Source: the human T2T-CHM13v2.0 reference genome, Homo sapiens
NCBI RefSeq assembly: GCF_009914755.1
Contig: NC_060931.1
Length of the DNA stretch: 64,000 bases
Reading direction: 5' to 3' (one strand)
The notes beneath the pieces are model-generated. The model was not told the DNA's origin, did not search any database, and worked only from the letters and a program-made list of their open reading frames with translations. Positions 55,891 to 64,000 of this stretch are shown one piece after another; position 1 is the first letter of the stretch; every line of letters starts with the position of its first letter. Both the position numbers and the translations under genes were made by a program.

Positions 55891-56315
55891 TGTAAACCAA
55901 AAAGTATCTGAGACGGATCTCAATCAATTTAGAAATTTATTTTGCCAAAGTTAAGGATGTGTCCGGGAGAGACATTTGTGCCTTTCTCTAAAAATGGTTT
56001 TGAGGGCTTCAGTATTTGAAGGGGAAGAGTGGGCTGAAGGGGAACGGGGGAAGGTGTGGTCATCCACACGTTGCCAAAGAAGGGGACCAGGTAGGGGAAG
56101 AGTCAGTTCTGTGTTCATCTCATGCTCGGTAAGTCAGCACTTTACGTAAGATAAGGTGAACGTGGGGCAGTCACCTGTGCAGATCGTTAACCTTTCATCT
56201 GTAGCTCTCCTTAGGAACGAAAGGAGCCAGTTTCTTGCATGACTCAGCTTTCAGCTTAATTTTTTTCCACTGGGCAGAGCAAATTGGGGTCCTGGGGTTT
56301 TTTTCTCCTTTCACA
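55891..56315 (-). mobile_element. MER4A-family ERV1 solo LTR
   Basis: Minus strand starts tgtgaaagga...ggacccc...ttaagctgaaagctgagtcatgcaagaaac; ends ...cagatactttttggtttaca. Confidence 0.75.
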
Positions 56316-56481
56316 TATATGTGAAGGAAAATGGATAGGATGTTATTGATAACCTCCTTGTAAAACTTCATGTTACATTGTGTGTGTGTGTGTGTTTTTA
56401 AGGCTTAAACCTGTCGTATGACCCTCAGTCAGTAACCCAGTTCACAACTGGAAATGAGTCCTTCCTGCTGTCCCTGCACAG

Positions 56482-56748
56482 GTCCTGGACCCCGAGAAGC
56501 AGGCGGACATGCTGGACTCGCTGCGGATCTACCTGCTGCAGTACGCCACGCTGCTGGTGGAGCACGCCCCCCACCACATCCATGACAACAACAAGAACCG
56601 CAACAGCAAGCTGCGCCGCCTCATGACCTTCGCCTGGCCCTGCCTGCTCTCCAAGGCCTGCGTGGACCCAGCCTGCAAGTACAGCGGACACTTGCTCCTG
56701 GCGCACATTATCGCCAAATTCGCCATACACAAGAAGATCGTCCTGCAG
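56482..56748 (+). CDS. TRRAP: TRRAP exon, 267 nt, VLDPEKQA...KIVLQ
   Basis: gcacag|GTC ... CAG|gtattt. Confidence 0.96.
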
Positions 56749-56864
56749 GTATTTTGCAAGCCCCTCCTGTCCGCCGACATCAGCGTGAATCTCACATGGT
56801 GCACTTGGCTCCCTGGTGCAGTCTCAGCCTCTCCTGTTGTCTTTTCCCAAAACCAATAAAAACC

Positions 56865-57145
56865 ATGAAAACACAGACACTGTATGATTCCACTTAGAAG
56901 ACCATAGGGCACTCAAATTCAGAGAGACAGAAAGTAGAATAGAGATTGCGGGGGTTGGGGAGAGGGGGTGGGGAGCGAGTATTGAATGGTGCGGAGTTTC
57001 TGCCTGGGAAGATGCAAACATTCCGGAGATGATGGGGCTCATGGCTGCACACAGTGTGAAGGTGCCGAGCGCCACTGGGCTGTGCACCCAAAAATGGGTA
57101 AGATGGTACATTCTGTGTTATGTGTGCTTTACCACAGTGAAAGGA
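56865..57145 (+). mobile_element. L1MB-type 3' end
   Basis: tgtatgattccactta..caaattcagagagacagaaagtagaat..gttatgtgtgctttaccaca. Confidence 0.75.
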
Positions 57146-57426
57146 AATTTGTGGGGAAAACACCCCACACTGTGAGCCCTCCCATGACTGTCCACGTTCT
57201 CCCTTCCTCCCCCATTCCCACTCTGCTCTCTCGTTCCTCAACAGCTTTGCTTTTAAAAGGAAAGGTCACCCTTTTCCATCTCAAGCTTCTCTGTCCATTG
57301 CATTCTGGCTTCTGACTCTGACATTCCATGGCAGATGTTATAATATTCAAGGGCCCCAGCCCACTTCTCTTAGCCAAAGACAATAGGTACTTTTGGATCC
57401 GTATCTCATGAGCTTGTTGCTGTGCA

Positions 57427-57570
57427 GCTGGTATTGAGCGCCTCTTCCTGGAGTACCTCGGTGGTTTGGGCTCTGAGGTTGGGCACCCCGGGTTTGAGGC
57501 TGGTATTGAGCGCTTCTTCCTGGAGTCCCTCAGTGGTTTGGGCTCTGAGGTTGGGCACCCCGGGTTTGAG
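57427..57570. repeat. 72-bp tandem duplication, 3 mismatches
   Basis: Copies at 57427-57498 and 57499-57570. Confidence 0.93.
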
Positions 57571-58412
57571 TGTTGTTTCTTCCGCTCACACGGTCCATGC
57601 CCTTTGGCAAGTTAATGTCTCCGTGTGAGAATTAAATGTAATACTCCACTCGAGCATGTGGCATTATTTAATCACTGATAGTTCTTCTGTGAGACCGTCT
57701 TTGACAGCTTTCCCCTGACATCTTTCTCTTGTGAACCTCTGTGGTGTTGAACTCTGCACCCCAATCAAGCCAGAGGTCTCTCACATCCCCTCCCATGGGT
57801 CGTTGAGCTAGAACTCCAGCCTCGGGGCTGCCCTGCCCTCCCCCAGTTGTCTCAGACACAAACACTCGAGAACTCTGTGACCTTCTCTGCTCCTCCCCAC
57901 TGCCCAGGCACCAGCAGGTTCTGCAGCTTCTAACACCCACCCCGTCCCCTCTACCCTCAGAACTGGTCTTCTCTGTGTTCCCATGACCTCACATCGGGGC
58001 CTCACCTCTCACTTGAGTGACTGCAGCTGCCGCTTCTCAGCGCCTCTCTTGTTGGCCCTGTTCACTTTATTTCCCATCCTGCAGTCGGAGGGAGATGAGC
58101 CATGTACCTCCCTAACTCGCTGCTGGTTAGGCGGGACATGGGATCCCTGCAGGGAGCTTGGTCTTACCTGTCTGCATGTCCTGGCCTAGTTCAGCACGGG
58201 CACGTAGTAGGTGCATTATAAATACTAGAATGAATGTATTCATTGGTCAAAACTTAACAGAAAGCAACTAAGTTGTTTCCTAATAAGAAAGTCCTAAGAA
58301 GTTTTTAAAAAATTGTTTTGGAAAAGTAGCATGTCTTGACACCAAGGGATTGTCTTCTTATTTCTTAAAGCCTTCCTTCTCATCCTCCATAAACGTCTCT
58401 TCCCTGTTTTAG

Positions 58413-58619
58413 GTTTTTCATAGTCTCCTCAAGGCTCACGCAATGGAAGCTCGAGCGATCGTCAGACAGGCGATGGCCATTCTGACCCCGGCGGTGCCGG
58501 CCAGGATGGAGGACGGGCACCAGATGCTGACCCACTGGACCCGGAAGATCATTGTGGAGGAGGGGCACACCGTCCCGCAGCTGGTCCACATTCTGCACCT
58601 GATAGTGCAACACTTCAAG
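58413..58619 (+). CDS. TRRAP: TRRAP exon, 207 nt, VFHSLLKA...VQHFK
   Basis: ttttag|GTT ... AAG|gtgtgt. Confidence 0.96.
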
Positions 58620-59461
58620 GTGTGTAGGAGGGACGGTGGGCTGCGGGGCGCGCGTCTTCAGGCATTCACTTTGAACCTTTACCTTGTCTTGTTCTGCAAT
58701 AATCAGGTGGTCGTTCATCTTTTAGTAAGGCTACTTCTGGTTCATTGATTAGTTTGTGTATGTGTGTATGGCTTTATCAGCATGGAAATTGCTGTAATAT
58801 AGAGAATATGTCACAGGTGTGTGTGTCTTTGCGTCTGAGGCTACATTTCTGTTGTAAGTACTGTGCCCAGTTAACCCTTGTATGCTGCTAAGTTTGCACC
58901 TTAAGGTGGGAGATAGTCCTCATTGACTCTAGATTTCCATCACCTGCCTTGGAAAGTTATTCATGTTGCTGGCACCTCCTTCTCTGGCCAAATTACCCTT
59001 TTTGTGGGATTTATTTATATGTAAATGTTTCTTGTAGATTTGGGGTAGAAGAGAAAGGATTGAGTTGAAAGCAAATTCTTTTATAGTCACCTCTTAGAGG
59101 AACTTTGCTTTTGGGTATGTCTTAAACTTTTACAATGTCAAGTTCTGAAGTTTGATACATGTGATTAGACTCACCTTCCTGTCTGAAGAGAATTTGATTT
59201 TTCAAGACTGAAGTATACTATTGTAATGGGATGTAATGGGATGTAGTTGGGGTGGGGGAGGGTGATAAACACATACATAAGGCAGTGAGAATTTCCTCGC
59301 TCAGGTTAGGATTCAGAATTCTTGAGCATCAAGTTGGGCTGTGTGTGTATGTTGGGGCTGAGAGGCATGTCGGGGGTGTGTGTGTGCACGTGCGCACACG
59401 TGCATGCACTGTGGGACCAAGCTCCCATGTTCCCGGCGTGATGCTGGCCCTGCGTCCGCAG

Positions 59462-59620
59462 GTGTACTACCCGGTACGGCACCACTTGGTGCAGCACATG
59501 GTGAGCGCCATGCAGAGGCTGGGCTTCACGCCCAGTGTCACCATCGAGCAGAGGCGGCTGGCCGTGGACCTGTCTGAAGTCGTCATCAAGTGGGAGCTGC
59601 AGAGGATCAAGGACCAGCAG
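59462..59620 (+). CDS. TRRAP: TRRAP exon, 159 nt, VYYPVRHH...IKDQQ
   Basis: ccgcag|GTG ... CAG|gtaggg. Confidence 0.96.
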
Positions 59621-59714
59621 GTAGGGGTGTCAGCCTCAGGGGTGCCCCGATCGTCTTCCTTTGACTTCTCCCTAGAAATCAGTCAGTAAAACCAAGCGCC
59701 TGTGTGTTTTTAAG

Positions 59715-59849
59715 CCGGATTCAGATATGGACCCAAATTCCAGTGGAGAAGGAGTCAATTCTGTCTCATCCTCCATTAAGAGAGGCCTGTCCGTGGATTC
59801 TGCCCAGGAAGTGAAACGCTTTAGGACGGCCACCGGAGCCATCAGTGCA
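59715..59849 (+). CDS. TRRAP: TRRAP exon, 135 nt, PDSDMDPN...GAISA; contains bipartite NLS-like KRGLSVDSAQEVKRFR
   Basis: tttaag|CCG ... GCA|gtaaga; preceded by a 94-nt intron. Confidence 0.94.
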
Positions 59850-61296
59850 GTAAGATCATGTGCCTCTGTATGGGTGCTGCGCATTCTGCTGGGAGTTGGT
59901 TCGTTTATTCCCTATATTTAGAATGTGAGCTCGGTGCTCAGCTGCATTCAGGAGAGGAAGCTGGGAACAGCCACGGTCACCAGATTGAAACTCCAGGACA
60001 TGTCACTCATGCAAGGGGTTCCCAGGTCACCAGACATGCTTGCCTCATGCGTTCAGTTCATACCATTAAAGTTCTGTTGATGGTGGTTGATTACTTGCAG
60101 AAAGGCATCTAGAGAAACTCTTTGAAGTAAGGAGTTGATTAAGAACATGTGCCCATACTGAGATCAGTTTCTGAGAAGGACATGTGTTCTGTTTCACGAG
60201 GCAGCCACCAAGAGGGTCCTGGGTATTGCCCCTTGTGGAGTGGTGGCCCTAGGAGCCCTGAGTCTGACCCCAGCTGGTGTCATGGACCTGCTGGCTTGTG
60301 GACGCAGGCCTGGCCACCCTACTTCTGGCTTCGTAGGCCTGAGGCTGAGCTCTTCTCCCACCCTCACCATCCCCCATCTTATGTGGCACCCATGTCTGCC
60401 CTCGGCTTCTATTAGAAACCTGGCACTGTCTGCACTTTGTCCATTGGCCTCGCTCCACACATCTGGTCCGGAGCAAGTCTCACTCTGCCGCAAATAACTC
60501 ATCCCTGCCTTCACACTGTGGTCCCAGTCTCTGTCACCCCTCGCAGTAACCAGATGGGAGCTGCTCAACTGCCTCCCTGTTCTCTCTTTCGCTGTTCCTC
60601 TCTCCGCCTCCACTTTTATTCCCTCTTTATTTTTCACAAAGCAGTCAGACTTCCACAAAAGTTTCCTTTTGCATCTTGAATCAGGGGAAGCTGGGTGAAG
60701 GGTACGTGAGACCTCTACAGTGTTTTTGTAGAAATCTCTTGTGGATCTTACAATCCTTTGGAAGTAAAAAGTTGAATCAAGTCAGGTTGCCATTCCCCTT
60801 GCTTGAGCCCTCGCATTGACTGTGGCCTCCAGGGCCCGGGTGACCAGGCCCTGCTGATGGCTCTTGGCCCCCAGCACCGTCTCAGTGCTCAGCCATGCGG
60901 GCCATCCCTCTGCTCTCAATGCACCCCTGGTTCTGGCCCTGTGCTCACTCAGGATGTGTCCCCTGGCCTTTTCCCTCCACTGGGAGCTGTCTCTCTTCTT
61001 TTTTCTCATGGCCCGCTTCGTCTCAACCTAAAGACCTCCCTTGATGTCGTCTTGGGCCTCGCACTTTTGTTCCCCATCACATGAGCCACTATTTTGTTGA
61101 CTAGCCATCTGCCCTCCTGCTGGCTGTGTCGACTTCACCAGGGCACAGACCACATCTGTCTTTGGTATCCCCAGCGCCCAGAGCTGCCTCTGTCCCCGGG
61201 AGGTACCGCATACCCATTAGCTGGGTGAAAAGTCAAGCCTGGGTTGGAAATTAGTGTTGCGATTCTCTTCCTGCCTGAAAGGAGGTCCTTTTCCAG

Positions 61297-61407
61297 GTCT
61301 TTGGGAGGAGCCAGTCGCTACCTGGAGCAGACTCTCTCCTCGCCAAGCCCATTGACAAGCAGCACACAGACACTGTGGTGAACTTCCTTATCCGCGTGGC
61401 CTGTCAG
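61297..61407 (+). CDS. TRRAP: TRRAP exon, 111 nt, VFGRSQSL...RVACQ
   Basis: ttccag|GTC ... CAG|gtacgg. Confidence 0.95.
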
Positions 61408-61616
61408 GTACGGGATCCAAGTGCCCTGCGTTAGGGCTTCTGCAGACCAGAGGCTACTGACTAACACCCCAGGAGGTTATCTGTGGCAATTTCATCAAAA
61501 AAGATACAGACAAACCAAGGTCTGCCAGCTGGTTCTGTCATTTTCGTATCAACTGCACTTGATTTTGTGGCAGGTTAACATTTCCAAAATCTACCTGTGT
61601 CTTATAATTGATCTAA

Positions 61617-61955
<339 letters not shown>

Positions 61956-62659
61956 TAATAAAATAATGATGTGCCTTCTAGTTGACGGCATGTTAACATT
62001 GGTGGATTATGGTGGGACATGATCTCAGCTGATCATTTAACTTCCAGGTGTTCTTTTTGCATCCTTAAGATGGGAACGGTACACAGCTCAGTAAAGGGTG
62101 AGATGATCCAACCTACAGAAGGAAGGGACATTTAGCAGTTTTAGTGCTTTGATAACTTGAGTTTATTTATCATTCATATCAATCTATATCTTAATAGAAT
62201 TTTTGGAAATTCATTTCTGAAACTTTATATTTCAAAGAACCATTGTAAATGAAATTTTCCTAAATTTTAAGTTCTTATTCCTGTTAAACAAAATAGTATA
62301 TCTTACAGTTCTGTTGGGAATTTCCAAGTACTGAAAAGGATCTGCTAAGTACCTAACCAGTAGATAATTCCTTGCCTCCCTGCAGTGTGCAGGGAGGTCC
62401 TGTGGGGAGCCAGCAGGGCCCACAAGCCATTGCAGGTCACCACGGATGCGCTGCAGAGGAGGGGGCCGTGAGGGGTCATGAGTCAGGCTGGTTGGGGAAG
62501 GTGTCCAGCTGTGTGGAGGTCAGGCGGAAGAGAGGTGGCTGTGAGGTGAAGATCTGAGACAGGTGTAAGGGCCAGGGCACAGTTGAGACGTGCTGTCACT
62601 GGAATGACTGTAAACTCGGATGCAGTGAAATGCCGGCTGTAACTCGGATGAATTCCTAG

Positions 62660-62806
62660 GTTAATGACAACACCAACACAGCGGGGTCCCCTGGGGAGGT
62701 GCTCTCTCGCCGGTGTGTGAACCTTCTGAAGACTGCGTTGCGGCCAGACATGTGGCCCAAGTCCGAACTCAAGCTGCAGTGGTTCGACAAGCTGCTGATG
62801 ACTGTG
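62660..62806 (+). CDS. TRRAP: TRRAP exon, 147 nt, VNDNTNTA...LLMTV
   Basis: tcctag|GTT ... GTG|gtgagt. Confidence 0.95.
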
Positions 62807-63019
62807 GTGAGTGCGAGTGTCTGAAGGGCCAGGGCAGCGCCACCGAGGCCACTAGCAGATACTGTCACCTGGGCAGGGACTGGACATTTGTGGATCACTC
62901 TGACCCTTATGCCTAAACCCCAAATCTCCTGTCCCCTTTGCCAGTCATGGCCTCTCCCACATTGGCCTCCACTGCTCTCTCCAGGGAGAGAGTTTGACTA
63001 ATTGATAATGGCTTTGCTC

Positions 63020-63290
63020 TTGAGGCTTTAGGAGTTCGAGACCAGTCTGGGCAGCATAGTGAGATCCCAATTCTACAAAAGAGAAGACAGAAAATTAGCT
63101 GGGCATGATGGTGTGAGCTTGTAGTCCCAGCTACTTAGAAGAGCCTAAAGCAGGAGGGTTGGCTGAACCTGGGAGGTTGAGGCTGCAGTGAGCTATGATT
63201 GGTGCCACTGCACTACAGCTTGGGAGACAGAGCAAGCAAGACCTGGTCTCTTAAAAAAAAAAAAAAAAAAGAAAAAGAAAAGAAAAGAAA
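63020..63290 (+). mobile_element. 5'-truncated AluJ
   Basis: Diverged Alu with A/(GAAAA)n tail. Confidence 0.8.
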
Positions 63291-63900
63291 GAATGGCTTT
63301 GGGACTTGAGCTTTCATGCTGGCCCCAACTACACGTAGGAGTGTTTAACCTTAATACAGTTCTCTTGCATTTTGTGGACTCGTTTCTAAAACTTACCTAC
63401 CAGTTGGCTTGGGATAAGCATTTTTAATTGACTGTTGCAACAACCTTTAAGATGAGCTTTGGATTTTTAAAACAGATTTAATGATGGAGCTATAATTTGT
63501 TATCAAGTACCATGTAGCACTTAGGTAACAAGGAGCTAGTCCCAAAATGCTAATTATCTTATTTTGGTGGCTGTTTTTTTGCTTATAAAAACCATGATCC
63601 TGTGCTTTTCTGGTGGCAGCAAAAGCTATTTTCTTGCCTTATCCACATTTGGTTTTTCTAGTTCTTGACAGGATTTGGAAACTTTTGCTATTGAGATTAT
63701 AAAACCTATTGCAAGCACTTGTTATTCTGGACTGCAAAGGCCATGTTGCTTCTATTTGACCTCTGCTATGAACCACGAACTCTGTCTTCTATTTTATTCT
63801 GTTTCTTTGGTTTGTTTTTATTAATTTTTAGTGCTTCCATCATCTGTTAGTTGATTCCATGATACATAGTTTGAAAGATGCTTGTCTTTGGAAGGATATT

Positions 63901-64000
63901 TGTTTTTTGTTTTTGTTTCGTTTTTTTGAGACAGTCTCACTCTGTCGCCCAGGCTGGATTGCAGTGGCACAGTCTTGGCTCACTGCAACCTCCACCTCCC
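63901..64000 (-). mobile_element. Alu, cut by window edge
   Basis: T-rich tail then gagacagtctcactctgtcgcccaggctgg. Confidence 0.85.

Noticed and set aside
57422-57628. ORF with duplicated LVLSASSWS...LRLGTPGL peptide
   Set aside because: Direct result of the 72-bp (3n) tandem duplication; no splice signals

Overview
Primate (human-like) genomic DNA lying entirely inside the + strand gene TRRAP (transformation/transcription domain-associated protein, a PIKK pseudokinase and scaffold of the SAGA/STAGA and NuA4/TIP60 complexes). I traced 36 GT-AG exons by hand from 1086 to 62806. They join with consistent phases into one open frame of 5907 nt (1969 aa) in the N-terminal/central HEAT-repeat solenoid, starting at about residue 170 (numbering recalled, and consistent with the Ser722 and Ala1043 codons). 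Two further in-frame cassette exons of 54 nt and 21 nt lie at 49090-49293. Neither the start nor the stop of the gene is in the window. Introns are rich in Alu elements, with L1, L2, MIR, MaLR/ERV1 LTRs, MER2, MER5 and MADE1 remnants and several short tandem duplications. Most ORFs in the supplied track are Alu or low-complexity artefacts, or exon read-throughs. I see no new protein-coding system. The most interesting signals are: (i) the 54/21-nt cassette pair with identical donors, possibly mutually exclusive, whose longer exon encodes a CxxCPLxxxC motif; (ii) a tailless 5' half-tRNA-Thr retrocopy whose target site was re-hit by two Alus, leaving three TSD copies; (iii) several strong decoy acceptors leading to early stops (candidate poison exons). 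Exon boundaries were counted base by base; repeat boundaries are approximate (about +/-10-20 nt) and repeat families were assigned from remembered consensus motifs, not a database search.
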